Origin: Octopus sinensis
Lineage: Eukaryota
Length of the DNA: 64,000 nt
Direction: 5' to 3'
Assembly: GCF_006345805.1 (NCBI RefSeq)
Contig: NC_043004.1
Coordinates: forward strand, 69,564,001-69,628,000
The notes under the pieces were generated by a model. The model did not search any database. It worked only from the letters and a program-made list of their open reading frames with translations, and was not told the origin of the DNA. Positions 24,372-38,462 of the stretch are shown in pieces. Position 1 is the stretch's first letter. Every line of letters begins with the position of its first letter. A program made the translations under genes and the position numbers.

Positions 24372-26477
24372 CGTTTTTTATTTCATATATTTTCATTTGT
24401 CTTGCTCATTTTTACATTTTAGCATTTTGCTTAGATTTTTCTTGAGAACACAATCTTTCGTGGTAATGGCAATTTGATGTCTATGTTTAGCATATTAGGT
24501 GTCCATTTTAGTGGTCAGTCATCTAAATTTTGTATGTAACACAATTTTTAATCTTCAGATTTTTTAAATATGCTAAGCCACTGGTTTTAATTGGTTAATA
24601 TCAATTTATACCCTTATTGTTTAATTTATACACACACACACACATAGTAAAAAGACCCCCTTTGGTCATGAATGGCCATGTGATTGCACCTAGAAAGTTT
24701 CCCCTCTGAGGCACAATCTGGGCATGGTTATTTATGGAAGACCAGCAGTCACTCATGCATACCAGCCTCCCCTCTCCATACCACCGATGTTAACCAAGGC
24801 CAATACAGCTTGGCATCAGTGATATCATAACTCAACTTTACAGCTGAGCAATGTAAAATAAAGTGTCTTGCTCAAGAATACAACACACAGCCCAGTCCTG
24901 GAATTGAACTCACTATCTCATCATTGTATGCCTGATGCTCTAACCACTGAGTTATGCGCCTTCAATATATATATACATTTGTGTGTGCTTGTGTCTCCTT
25001 TTGAAGTTGTGTGGTGGTTGTGAAATGATTGTCATTTTCAAAGCTGTGCCACTCATTTCCATTGTCCTGTGGGAATATGTCTGGCCATGGGTAAGTATTA
25101 CCTTGCTTGGAAACAAGGGTTGGTGACAGGAAGGGCATCCAGCTGTAGAAAACCTGCCTCAGTAAATTCCATCTGACCCATGCAAGCATCAAGAAGTCAA
25201 TGTTTAGCGGTGAAGATGATGGTCATACAAATCTATGCATGTAGACACACTCATATATGATGGCAAGCAAGCCAAAACTTTGAAGTCACTGTCAACATTT
25301 TCTGTGTAAAAGTTTATAAATATGTACTCTATTAAAAAGCACTGAGTAATCCTTCAGTTTAATGTTTAATTATTTATACACACACACACATATATAAATA
25401 TATATATATATTGATGTAGAAGCCAACATTTGTATGCATGCACACACACATGCACGTATATATATATAGAGAGAGAGACCTAATTAAGATTCAAGTAAAA
25501 GCCTTGTAGAATGCGCTGCAAAACTCATCCACACTTATTAGCTACATATTTCACCAATGTACTAAAGGTGTAAAAATGTGTTGAAACAATTGTAGTGATT
25601 TTTAAATATAGAATGTTGTCCATTCCATTTTCTGTCCTGTATCTATATTATAAAATGAATATGAATACATATATCTCAAATTGTATTACATATGTTTCCA
25701 TACAATGGTTATTTTATGTGCCCATTTATGTAATACATTATGTAATCACATAACCAGACCATTTCATCAGGCATCTTTGTGCAATTAACAACTTTATTGA
25801 TCTATGAGAAATTACATTCAGCATTCCAGGAAGAATGTTTTACAAAAAAAAAGGTGTTCATAAACATACCAATTGAGGGAGGGAATTAATTTTAAATCCA
25901 CTCAATTAACTAGCATTCTTGACCAAGATCTATAACAGTAGAAAGGATGTTTACAAACAGATTAGGGAGGAGCTAAGTTTACTTTAATATTTGTATGAAT
26001 ACTAGACTAGTGCTGGTACCATGAAATAAGCACCCAGTACATTCTACAAAGTGGCTGGTATAGGGAGAGGATCTGGCTGTAGAAACCTTGCTAAGTCAGA
26101 CACTGGAGACCAAAACACCCTTCAGACAAGTCAGATCTTGTCAAACCATCTCACCCATACCAGCATGGTACATAGACATTAAATAATGATTGTGGCAATG
26201 ATGTGATGTGTGTGTGATTAAATACTTCCTACAATAAAGAAATTCTTCATAAAAATGGCTCTGAGGAAGGTATAAGATTTTTGCACAGTTCCTTATAGTG
26301 GAAACAGCTGTAAGCTAATGAGTGATTATATAACTCCCTTTTTTTTTGTCATTCATCATTTATTAATCAATATAGTCTAGTAAAGTATATATTTTTATGT
26401 TGTGCACAAGCCATAAGCAGCTCAGCCCAGAGTAAAACTTAAAATGGACTGTCAACTGTTGATATTAGGCATATATA

Positions 26478-27727
26478 TTGGGTCGTCCCATAAATAACGT
26501 AGTTTTTTTATACTTATTTTATTTTTCAAAATTAACATACAAAGTTCTTTTTTCATCTAAAATATACTTTCCTTCATTTCCTACAATGCCCCTACATCTA
26601 GTAGACTTGCAAGGCCCCTCTTCCAAAATTCACTTGTCCGTGAATACTGTTCTGACCTCATCCGCAGAATTCATATTTTTTTCTGTCCAAATGATTTTGA
26701 AGACTGCAGAATAAATGATAATCAGATGGGGCAATGTTTGGCGAATATGGTGGGTGGGGAATTGTTTCCCATTCAAACTGCTCCAGCCTTTGAAATGTCA
26801 CCCTTGCTGTATGTGGCCTAGCATTATTCTGACGGAGGAACACCTTTCATCTTAAAAACAACGACAGTCATTTTTCTTCTTGCTCTGACTTAAGCCACTC
26901 AAGCTGCTCGCAGTAGATCTCCTTTGTTATTGTTTTGTCTGGGTTTAAAAGTTCAAAGTGGACTAAACCTTTGATATCCCACCAAACAGATAACAACACC
27001 TTACATGGGTGAAAACCTTCTTTAGCCTGAGTTGTCGGTGTTTCTCCTTTCTCTACTCACTGTCTTTGGCACTTGACATTTTTATAGAGAACCCATTTCT
27101 CGTCACCAGTTACTATTCGGTCCATTCGTGAAATGTGACAGCAAAGAAGAGCACACATTCACTCTCTGCGTGCAATTAGACTTGGAATGTTTGTGAGGAA
27201 CCCATTGACCCAGTTGGCTGACTATTCCGATGGCTCGCAGGTATCGAATGGTTGAATGACCAAATCCAAGCTTCTTTCTTACTTCCTCAACTGTTACGAT
27301 GGGATTTTGTTCTACCAGGGTTTGCAGGATGTGCTATTCAAGCTCTACATATCTTCCAGGATGAGATTCACCTGCTAGGCTGTAATTTCCAGCTCAGAAT
27401 TTCTGGCACAACCATTGACATTGACTTACGCTTATTGTCCGATCCCCATATACTGCATTACTGTTCCTCTCACTTGCCATTGTGTTGTTGCCTTTATTGA
27501 ACTCATAAAGCAAAATATGCTGAATCTGCTCCTTTGTCACTTCCATTATAGCTTTGAAAAAATAATTGTCAAAATCAAACTGCACTCTTCAAAACTTGCA
27601 CTAAGAATAAGTAGAAGGTAAAATTACTACCTGCTTTTAAAGCAAGTTGATGCAGGTAATTTATCCCATCCTCCGACTTTTAATTCATGCAATTGCAAAA
27701 AGCCGAATTATTTATGGGATGACCCAG
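26478..27727 (-). mobile_element. Decayed mariner transposon, about 1.25 kb
   Basis: TIRs ttgggtcgtcccataaataa / ttatttatgggatgacccag, each flanked by TA. Minus-strand remnants EQIQHILLYEFNKG (HTH) and QNNARPHTA...WETIPHPPYSPNIAPSDYHLF (YSPDLAP motif); multiple stops and frameshifts. Confidence 0.9.
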
Positions 27728-28019
27728 TACATCCACACACATACACGCCAGCACAAACACATACACATCAGGGTGTCATACAAAGAGTTAGTTGTATGTT
27801 TGTGTGTGTGTATCATGTGTTTATGTGTGTATATATATATTTGTGCATTTTGTTGACCTATTCTTTTGTGAACGTTTATAAATTCTGTTAAAAAAACTAT
27901 TAATTCTCAGCTGTGTGTGCGTGCGTGAATTAGTGAGGATATGTGTATGTTGGAGTAAAGGAATGTAGAAACTGCTAAAATTTTAGTATTCTTAACATTT
28001 ATTATAAATTTATGTAATT

Positions 28020-28769
28020 TCAGAAGCATTTATTACATCTCATCATGGTGCGCATATACATATCGCGTGTACGTGTGTGTGTGTGTGTGTGTATTTGTGA
28101 GGGCATATGTGTATAAGTACATGTGTGTTTATATTGGTGTGTGCGTGTGTTATAAATGTACTGTTTGTTACATTCATAAATACACTGTTGTACCTAATAA
28201 ATGATTAAGTTGTATGTATGCATGGATATGTATACATGTGTTTATATATGTGTATACATGTTTATGCATGCTTGTGTGTGTATGTGTGGCCTGTATGTAT
28301 GTACGTGTTAATATGTATAAGGTGTGTCTGTGTGTGAATGTAACCCCTCTATGTGTGTGTGTGTGTATATATATATATATAGTATGTATATATTTATATA
28401 TGTATGCATATATTTATGTATGTATGCATATATTTATATATGTATGCATATATATATGTATATATATTTATATATGTATATATATTTATATATGCATGTA
28501 TATATATATGTATATATATTTATATATGCATGTATATATATATGTGTATGTATATTATATATATATATATATGTGTGTATGTATATATATATATATGTGT
28601 GTATGTATATATATATATATGTGTGTATGTATATATATATATGTGTGTATGTATATTATATATATATATATATATATGGTGTGTATGTATATATATATAT
28701 ATATATGTGTGTGTATGTATATATATATGTGTGTGTGTGTATGTATATATATATATATGTGTGTGTATG

Positions 28770-28800
<31 letters not shown>

Positions 28801-29010
28801 ATGTATATATATATATGTGTGTGTATGTATATATATATATGTGTGTGTATGTATATATATATATGTGTGTGTATGTATATATATATATATGTATGTATGT
28901 ATATATATGTGTGTGTGTGTATGTATATATATATTATATATATGTGTGTGTGTGTGTATGTGTGTGTGTATATATGTGGCCTGTATGTATGCATGTGTAT
29001 GGTACATATG
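28020..29010. repeat. Large compound (TA)n/(TG)n microsatellite with about 20-24-bp periodicity
   Basis: Repeated gtgtgtatgtatatatatatat-type units. Confidence 0.9.
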
Positions 29011-29482
29011 TACGTGGCCTGTTTACTTCTTGTATTTCTTTGTATTGGTCACTGCTAGATTTATAGACTTATGTCATTTTATTGTATGACTAACACAGTT
29101 ATTCCTCTCTCAAGTGGCTTCTTTACCATTCAACAGTCTTCTCTTTTTTAATATACATCTACCCTTCTCTCCCACCCTCCCCCTCTCTCTCATTTCTCGT
29201 ATTTTATTTATGTAAATATGCTCCACATTAGTTTGGTTCTCTTTCTATTCCCCCTTTGTTGTTATTGTTGTTCTTGTATAGCCCCGAGTCAGCTCTGACT
29301 GAACAGAGGAAAACCTATGATCAAAGACATGTCTTGTTTGTTTTCTTCGTTTTTTTTTTCCTGGCCATTCTCAGCAACATTCTTTTTCTTTTGCTGTTTG
29401 TAGACATAATTGCATCAAGAACTGCATTATACAATGTTTTCTTTAAACACTGTATATATATATATATAATATATATATATAT

Positions 29483-29889
29483 AGGTGCAGGAGTGGCTGT
29501 GTGGTAAGTAGCTTGTTTACCAACCACATGGTTCCGGGTACAGTCTCACTGCATGGCACCTTGGGCAAGTGTCTTCTACTATAGCCTCGGGCCGACCAAT
29601 GCCTTGTGAGTGGATTTGGTAGACGGAAACTGAAATAAGCCTGTCGTATATATGTATATATATATGTGTGTGTGTATGTGTGTTTGTGTGTCTGTTTGTC
29701 CCCCTAGCATTGCTTGACAACCGATGCTGCTGTGTTTATGTCCCCGTCACTTAGCAGTTCGGCAAAAGAGACTGATAGAATAAGTACTGGGCTTACAAAA
29801 GAATAAGTCCCGGGGTAGAGTTGCTCGATTAAAGGCGATGCTCCAGCATGGCCGCAGTCAAATGACTGAAACAAGTAAAAGAGTAAAGA

Positions 29890-29890
<1 letters not shown>
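29483..29890 (+). mobile_element. SINE family A, full length
   Basis: Complete head, microsatellite and 3' half. Confidence 0.85.
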
Positions 29891-29923
<33 letters not shown>

Positions 29924-30481
29924 AGTTGCAGCATGGAGGGTGTTTATAAGCCATTTAAAAATACACAAAAACTGTTAGATTCACTTCAACATTTAAATTT
30001 AATTTGTCAAGATATTTTTGTTGCTTTGAAACTGCAACCTGTTCACTGACAGAATTCTGTGTTGCACGGAATTTTGTCTGTGAACAGGTCCTGAAAATTC
30101 AGGCTTTGTGCCTATAGTAGAAGGAATTATTATTTTTATCATTACTAGCTGACCACGTTCCATCAATAATGACAGCTAAGTGTAGTATTTTATATATAAG
30201 GTACATAGTAATCACACATACAAACATTCACATACTTCCTTTGTAAACGTACACACATAATCACATAGAGTTGAAACACACATATTCTCGCACAAGGTTG
30301 AAACGGTGATTTTTTCTTTCACCCCTTCCTTCTTTATTCATCTATCACCCCTTCCTTTCTCTCATTGCTATTACTTTCTCTCACTTCCTCTCAGTCAGGG
30401 CTATTACTCTCACTACTTCTCCTTCACTGAATATATATTTTCTCTTCCCCTCTGCATCCAGTGTGATTCTGGACAAATATA

Positions 30482-30526
<45 letters not shown>

Positions 30527-30569
30527 ATTCACAAATATATATAAACGCTACTCTCATTATTATATTAGG

Positions 30570-31115
30570 GGATTCCTGAGTTCTGAATTCAAATTCTGCT
30601 GAGGTCAACTTTGCCATTTATCTTTTAGGGGTTGATAAAGTAAGTACCAGTTGAGCACTGGGGTTAATGTAACTGACTTAGCCCCGTCCCCAAAACTGCT
30701 GGCCTTGTGCCAAAATTTGAAACCATTATTATTTTTGTGTTAGGCAGCAAGTTGGCAGAATCATTAGCATGCTGGGTGAAATTCCTAGTGGTATTTTATC
30801 TGCTGTTACATTCTGATTTCAAATTCTGCCAAGGCCGACTTTGCGTTTCATCCTTTCAGGGTCGATAAATTAAGTACCAGTTAAGCACTTATAATCGACT
30901 TAATCCATTTCTCTGTCCTTGTTTGTCCTCTCTGTGTTTAGCCCCTTGTGGGTAATAAAGAAATAGGTATTTCGTCTGCCACCATGTTCTGAGTTCAAAT
31001 TCTGCCAAGGTCAACTTTGCCTTTCATCCTTTCAGGGTCGATAAATTAAGTACCAGTTGAACACAGAGGTCAGTGTAATTGACAACACCCCTCCTTGTGG
31101 CAAAATTTGAAACCA
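30570..31115 (+). mobile_element. Head-to-tail cluster of three family B SINEs
   Basis: Three repeats of ttcaaattctg...ctttgcc...gtcgataaa/gttgataaa...aagtaccagtt. Confidence 0.75.
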
Positions 31116-31264
31116 CTATTGTTATTGTGAAAATCTCAGCTTCTGATATTGTCCCCAACAACCCAACAATAATTGGAACTATTTTCATTTTCATTGTTGA
31201 ACTATCGCATATTTACAAATATTGTATATGTCTATATTTTTTACCTTCCTTCTTGGCTATTTTA

Positions 31265-31650
31265 TGGGTCAAAGGGGGTACACAACATCAATTATAGAGC
31301 ACTTGAGGTTCACCTTGTCCAGCACCACTAGGTCTGGCTCATTGGACCCAAGCACCTGATTTATTTGGATTGAGAAATCCTACAAGATTTGCTGGTCTCT
31401 GATTCTGCCAATGTCTTTGGTTTATGCTCATGTCACATCTTGCCTCTCTCTAGACCCCACTTTTCACATAGTCTCCAATATAGCATTTTTGCTACCTCAT
31501 CATGTTGCCACAACTTATAATGGTTTGGAGCAAGTTTAGGGCATTTGTTTGCAATAAAGGCACTGGCTTTACCCCCCCCCCTATTACAGATGCAGCACAG
31601 TGGAGACGCTTGCTCATTCCTAAGATTGAACCTCCAATTTGTGGCCAAAG
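31265..31650 (-). mobile_element. Fragment of an R4/Dong-like (restriction-like endonuclease) non-LTR retrotransposon
   Basis: Minus strand gives CCIC...KCPKLAPNHYKLWQHDEVAKMLYWRLCEKWGL (zinc-knuckle region) and, in another frame, PDLVVLDKVNLKCSIIDVVYPFD (PD..D motif). Confidence 0.75.
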
Positions 31651-32780
31651 CACTGTCAGTATAGTGTTCCCATTCTCTTTTTTTTTTCTGTGTTCCTTTT
31701 TTTCAGCCAGTGCCTCCTCTGTTCTCTAGCAACTTCAGTAGTGGTTACATAGAATTGTTTGTGTATTCCTTTATTATTATTAATATTAATATTATTATTA
31801 TTATTATTATTATTACTGAGTGAGAGAGCATAGCATGCCATCAAAGTGACACTGGGTTAAAATATACGAAGCCCAGTATACCCATCATGACTACCCATCT
31901 GATAAGGGTTCTCTAGGCACATGCATCACAACCATATGTGTGCAACATGGTGGTCTCATATCAAGATAAACAGCTCATGACTTTGCAGGTGGGCCCAGTT
32001 AGAATTTTCTTCTGGTCGAGTAACCCATCCTGCTCAAAAGGTCCCTGAATAAGGGTTGTTTAAGGATATTGAACGAACTGCCCATGTTTCCAAAGGTGAC
32101 ATATCCAAACCTCCAAGAATTCCTTTCAACACACGGCTATGGTGCTCCCCAACTACTTCTGCTCGTGATCAGAGATGCACATATCATCAGCCACTAAGGG
32201 ACATGCTCAACTGGTTAAGGTCAAGCAACTGACAAGCAAATCTGTGGTATTGAGCAGAATATTTGCTGTAGCCTATCTTTTATACCAAGGCAAAACAATG
32301 TACATGACAACACTTCCAATCAGTTATATCAGGGCATTTATTATTATTTGTTCTTGATGTGCTTTTGCCTGTTAGTCAGTGGATTGATGGTGATCTTGAG
32401 AATGTGTGATATAATTCTGAAAAGTCACATAGAAAGATAAACATATAACATGGTCGTTTGGTTAAAGAGTTTGCTTTACAACCACATGGTTCTGGGTTCA
32501 ATCTCACTGTGTAGCACCTTGGACAATTGTCTTCTATTATAACCCCCAGGCCAACCAATGTCTCGTGAGTTCATTTGTAGGCAGAAACAATGTGGAAGTC
32601 TGTGTGCCTTTGTGTTTGTCTTCCACCAACATAATCTACCAGTTCAGCATAAGAGACCAATACATTAAATGCCAGACTTAAAAAAACATAAGTACTGTGG
32701 TTTTGTTTGACTAAACCTTTCAAGGTGTTGCCCCAGCATGACCACAGTCCAATGACTGAAACAATTAAAATATAAGATAT

Positions 32781-33315
32781 GAGCAAAACGCCCCCCGTCC
32801 AATGGACGGTGATAAATCATATCTGCTAAATAAAAAGCAATCAGTGTTTTCTTTTCATTAAAAGATAATTAAGCATGCCTTTATTTCAATCAAATTTTTG
32901 GTTTTGTTAAACAAAGTTAAGGCAAAAAAAACAAAACTTCTTGAGGAACCAAATAGTCTTTCCTTCCTTCATGCCAAGTTTGAAGAAAATATCTCTTTTG
33001 CATCTTACTTTATTGGTCTCTTAAATATACTGCATTTTGTGGCATTATTTCAAGCCAGCCGGCTTTTTTAGCGCAAACTGCATGTGCATTTTTCTCATGT
33101 ACACGTAGCTGATGTACTTTCACATACAAATGCATGTTCCCACGGCTTTGATCACATTCTCACCTGGAATCAATTTTTGCAATTTTTTCAAGACTTATAC
33201 ACTCCCTGATGCCGTCGGTATCTACATATCAAATTTGAGCACAATCGGATGGAGGATGCCCGAGATCTTAGAAGACACACACACAGACATGCAGAATGGA
33301 TTTTATATAATAGAT
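32781..33315. mobile_element. Helitron/Helentron-associated (DINE-1-like) non-autonomous element
   Basis: Hairpin ccgtccaatggacgg at one end and gacacacac..gaatggattttatataatagat at the other; termini shared with 63118-63497. Confidence 0.65.
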
Positions 33316-33931
33316 GAATTATAGGTTTTGTATTTTAATTTGCCCAATAAATAGGCATTGGTTTAATTTGGTAGCCACTTTTCACTCTTTATAAGAATCA
33401 CCGTCTGAGAGTGTTGACTTTCAGCTCAAGGAGAATAGAATTAGTGTCATATTTTTAAAAGTTTAGCATTATGAATAACTAATGTTTAATAATTAATTTA
33501 ATGTTGATTAAGCTCTAATTAATTTTGCCCCTCCTTCAATATTGAAAAGAGTGTAGAAGCAAGGTTTTTAGATATGCGCACATTTTACTGACTTAGAATT
33601 ATTCATAAAAGAACCGAATAATAAAAATCAAACAAAAATCTATGTATTATATTGATTTAGTTTAAAACAAGAAATGCATTCATTCGTTAATGAAATGGAA
33701 TAACTTCATTATTGAGTTTGTCTATTCAAAGTTCTATATTTGTTTCGGCTTATTTCAAGACATTTAGGTTTACTTCGTTTCACCTATGAAATTGGTGTGT
33801 ACCAAACTATGGCAGTTGGCTCTCAAGAGACCAAATTTGGAATCTAGTTTCAGTTTCCAGTTTGATTCATTTCTCTGACACTTTTAATGAGTCTCGTTAC
33901 CTCACACTGCACTCCTCCTCTCCTCTCTCTT

Positions 33932-33967
<36 letters not shown>

Positions 33968-34270
33968 ATACATGCACTCCTGTAACTTTAAACACTTCAT
34001 GCCCAATTAAGAAATTTGTTTCCTCAAAGTTACATTTCTTTATTTTGGGTGGTAGAACTAATCTGTCACTAAGTTTAATGTCCCCTACCAAGTGCTTTGG
34101 TACCTTTAGTGATGTCCAGTCTGTTGTGAACATTCGGACCAGCTGCTATGCAGTGACATTAAACTCAAAACCATTCATGTATATGTGAGGAAGAAAGAGA
34201 GGTGGAGATCTAGATGTCCCTAAAGGTTACCCTAAGTTAACTATAAGCATATTTTCATTATATTGGTATA

Positions 34271-34901
34271 CAGTAATCCCTTGACTATTGCGGGCATTAC
34301 ATTCCAAAACCCTCCGCGATAGGTGAAAATCCTCAAAGCAGAAACAGTACTGTTCTGTATGTTTTTTTTTTTTATCATTTTTATAATTTGTATATATTTA
34401 TTTTATTATAAACTAGCAGTATCGCCCGGCGTTGCTCGGGTTTGTAAGGGAAATAACTATATAAGCATTTTTAGAGAGTTATAGCCAAAAAATAGCAAAA
34501 AAATGGAAAAAAATTATGGTAAATTTTTTTTTAAATCGTTGACTCATCGTAGACATTTTTAGAGAGTTACTTCCCTTATATAATAGCGTAAAAAATACAT
34601 TAAAATGGGAAAAAATGATGGTAAATTTTTTTTTAAATCGTAGACTCATCGTAGACGCGCGCTAATACCCTGAAGGGCTCGATATGAATCATGATTATAA
34701 GATACCCGGTTTTAGTTAAACTGCACCCCAAAATGTGGGAGTAGTTAGGAATCTAAATCGTAGGAGACAGACAGACACACAACCTTACTTTTATATATAA
34801 AGATGTGAAACAACACCACAGAGAAACCGACGTAAGCTTAAATATTATAGCATGATAGGTGAACTATGATAGGTGAACCGCGATATGGCGAGGGATTACT
34901 G
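34271..34901. mobile_element. Pogo/Tigger-like MITE interrupted by a Helitron
   Basis: TIRs cagtaatcccttgactattgcgg / ccgcgatatggcgagggattactg; TA on the left only. Confidence 0.7.
34413..34803 (-). mobile_element. Non-autonomous Helitron
   Basis: Minus strand starts TC, ends with hairpin cccgagcaacgccggg then CTAG, and sits between A and T, which are the classical Helitron termini. Confidence 0.8.
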
Positions 34902-35049
34902 AGTTCAAACTCTGCTGAGGTCAACTTTGCCTTTGTTTCTTTCAGGGTTGATGAAATAAGTACCAGTTGAACACTAGGATCACTGTGTTTGACTAGCCCC
35001 TCCCTTCAAATTGTGCCTACAGTAGGAAGGATTATATATTATTTTTTGT

Positions 35050-35490
35050 TATTCTTCTACTTGTCTCGGTCATTTGACTGCAACCATGCTGAGGCACCAC
35101 GTTAAAGCCTTTTTTAGTTGAAAAAATTGCCCCTTGCCCCTCAGGACTTATTCTTTGTAAGCCTAGTCACTTATTCCACTGGTCTCTTTTGCTGAACTAC
35201 TAAGTTACAGTGACATAAACACACCAACATTGGTTGTCAAGCGATGGTGGATGACAAACACAAACACAGACACAAAGACACACACATATAAATATATGCA
35301 AACATGTGTGTATGTATGTATGTATGTATATATATATATATATATGCACACACGCAGCAGGCTTCTTTCAGTTTCCGTCTACCAAATTCACTCACAAGGC
35401 ATTGGTCGGTCCAAGGCTATAGTAGAAAACACTTGCCCAAGGTGCCACGCAGTGGGACTGAGCCCAAAACCATGTGATTGGGTAGCAAGC
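35050..35490 (-). mobile_element. SINE family A copy
   Basis: Bipartite consensus. Confidence 0.75.
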
Positions 35491-36594
35491 TGGCAGAATC
35501 ATGCAAAATGCTTTTTGACTTTCTTCCAATCCTTCACATTCTCAGTTCAAATTCCACCAACATCGATTTTCCCTTCCATTGTTTCAGGGTTGTTAAAATA
35601 AGTATCATTTGAGCATTGGGGATGATGTCATCGACTTACCCAGTTCCCCTAAAATTGCTGGCCTTGTGCCAAAATTTGAAACCATTTGCAAGATTCTGAC
35701 TTTCTTTTCATTCATCATATGCAGATGTTGCTCATAGCCCTGATTAATTTCTAATTAGTTGTTGAGAACTCTTGGTAAATAAATGCTTTGACCAGACAAA
35801 TGTAGTTTGTGAGATTTGTGAATTGATACCACACGACACAAAGACACACACACACACACACACACACAGTAGCTAGTTTCTTTGTTCTGTACAGAAGACA
35901 CACAGACTCTCAGCAAGTAAATCTCATTGAAGATGGTTAATTAACCAATTAAGAAGAATCTGTGTTATTAACTCGTCAACTTTAGACAGGATGAAATTAG
36001 TCTGCGGTTGTCACAGAATTTGTCAATTTCCTTTCCACGTTCATAGATACCCTTATCTAACTGCTGTTCGGACCAAAGTGGGAGCCTCTGTATGGTCGTT
36101 TGGTGTGCTAGAAACCACAGGCAATTATCCAGATGCCCCTTGTATCATGTGCAGTGCAGTAGTGCAGTACCCATCTATGAACAGTTCTATAATCAAACAA
36201 ATGAAATAACGAACAGTTCTTCTGAAGAAGATTAAGCTCGATAATTAGCTGAAATTTGATCAACAAAACTACAAGAAGACTATGATCGTGTATAAGTTAC
36301 TCTGAGTCCATTTGTGTAATGAGCTGAAATTTGGACAACAAACCAGGAGTAGACCACATAGGCATACAAATGGCTCGGGACGTTTCTACAAATGGTTCAT
36401 TAATGTCCATCTATGCTTTTCATGTAACTTACAAATTGTCGTGTTTTATATAGAAAGTAATATTTCTCGTATTTTTTGTTAAAAAATATTTATGGATTGA
36501 CAGAAACGAGCCAAAGAGGAAAAACGAGCATGCACACACACACACTACTCACTCGCATACATATACATACACACATATATACATACATACATAT

Positions 36595-36672
<78 letters not shown>

Positions 36673-36792
36673 TACATATACTTATATATATTTTATTTTT
36701 ACTTGTTTCAGTCATTAGACTGTGGCCATGCTGAGGCACTGCCTTTAGTAGAATTTTAGTTAAATGGATCAACCCCAATATTTTTTCCTTAA

Positions 36793-37008
36793 CCCTTTCG
36801 ATACCAACCTGGCTGAAACTGGCTCTGTTGTACAAATGTTTTGTTTTCATAAGTTTTGAATTAAATTCTTCCACCAAACCTTAGTCACAATTTATGTTCC
36901 TAACATTAGCTTAATGATAACTAAGTTATTTTACTAAATTCTTTGTTATATTTTAAATTAATTGAAAGAAACACAGAGCATCTTAAAATAAATACGGTAA
37001 CGAAAGGG
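36793..37008. mobile_element. piggyBac-like MITE with TTAA TSD, inserted in a family A SINE
   Basis: ttaa-ccctttcg...cgaaaggg-ttaa; SINE sequence continues on both sides (about 36690-37180). Confidence 0.8.
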
Positions 37009-38022
37009 TTAAGCCTGGTAGTTATTCTGTCAGACTTTTTTGCCAAAGCGCTAAGCTATGGGGACATAAACATGCCAACACCAGTTGTCAAGCAGTGGTG
37101 AGGGACAAACACCAACACAAAGACACACACACACACAATGGGCTTCTTTCAGTTTCTGTTTACCAAATCTATTCACAAGGCCCAAGGTTATAGACTGGTG
37201 ACGGAGCCACATAAAAAGCATTGGTGCTAGTGCCATGAAAAAGCCCTGGTGCTGGTACCGTATAAAAAGCACTCAATGCAGTATGTAAAGTGTTTGTTAT
37301 TAGGAAGGGCATCCAGCTGTAAAAACCAAGCCAAAACCAACTATGGAAGCTGGTGCAACTCCAGGCTTTCTTCACTCGTGTCAGACTGCCCAATTCATGC
37401 CAGAATGGAAAATGGACATTAAATGATGTTAAAAATACTCCAAAACAGAAATAGTCAATAATTGATTGTCTTTGGCCATAAGCCTGCTCAACCTCAGTTG
37501 ACCTAGGGTTAAACAGCAACAGTATCTATAGTTGCTACATCTTTTTTTTTATGTATGTGTATAGTACTATTTCTTCTTCCTCTTATAATTAACCAAAGAA
37601 ATCGGTTAATATTCTGCAACAGCTCATCACCTGCGTCATTGTAAATTTTCCCCCAAAGACAGCTTTCCAATCCTGGTTCCTTATTCACTTAGAGTCTGAT
37701 AATTTGTAATCTATGTTGAACCTGAAATAATATTTTGAAGAATCTGTTTGTTCATTTGCTTTAAGTGATTTCTCTAACATTACGGAAAGCATTAATTTTA
37801 GATACTAATTACTATGTCATTTGTTTATATTAATGAATTAAAAAAGCAAAAAAAAAAAACATTTACATTGACAAACTATCAAATACTTTCCAATCAAGAA
37901 AATATTAGTGTTATTATAATGTTTTAAATTATACTCTTTGCACTAGAAAAGATTTGTTAATTTCAGAATTAACTTTAGGTATGAAAGTGCAAGTTTTGTT
38001 TACTATTGTTGTTATTGTGATT

Positions 38023-38451
38023 ATCCTTTTCTATTATTGGCACTAGGCCCAAAAATTTGGGGGAGGAAGCCAGTCAATTAGATCTACCACAGTATCCAAC
38101 TGATATTTAATTTGTCGACCCCGAAAGGATGAAAGGCAAAGTCAACCTCAGCGGAATTTGAACTCAGAATGTAAAGACAGACGAAATACTTCTATGCATT
38201 TTGCCCAGCGTGCTAACATTTTTGCCCGCTCACTGCCTTAATCCTTTCTATTATAGGCACAAGGCCTGAAGTTTTGGGGGTGGCGACTAGTCAATTACAT
38301 CTATCCCAGAATTTCACTGGTACTTAATTTATCGACCCCGAAAGGATGAAAGTCAACCTCGGCGGAATTTGAACTCAGAATGTATCAGCAGACAAAATAC
38401 CGCTAAGCATTTTCCCCTGAATGCTAATGACTCTGCGAGCTCGCCGCCTTA
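38023..38451 (-). mobile_element. Two tandem family B SINEs, minus strand
   Basis: Heads end ...ctcactgcctt (38240) and ...ctcgccgcctt (38450). Confidence 0.8.
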
Positions 38452-38462
38452 AAGTATGAGAT

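Noticed and set aside
25726-25745. Two TTATGTAA (PAR-bZIP/D-box-like) motifs
   Set aside because: An AT-rich 8-mer in very AT-rich DNA; not distinguishable from chance.
28214-29089. Long ORFs of 220-291 aa rich in Y/I/C/V/M
   Set aside because: Translations of (TA)/(TG) microsatellite, which lacks stops in several frames. The same applies to ORFs near 45800, 50500, 51100 and 58000.
35991-36234. Cys-containing open frames in unique sequence
   Set aside because: No recognisable domain, no convincing start or splice pair, and short length.
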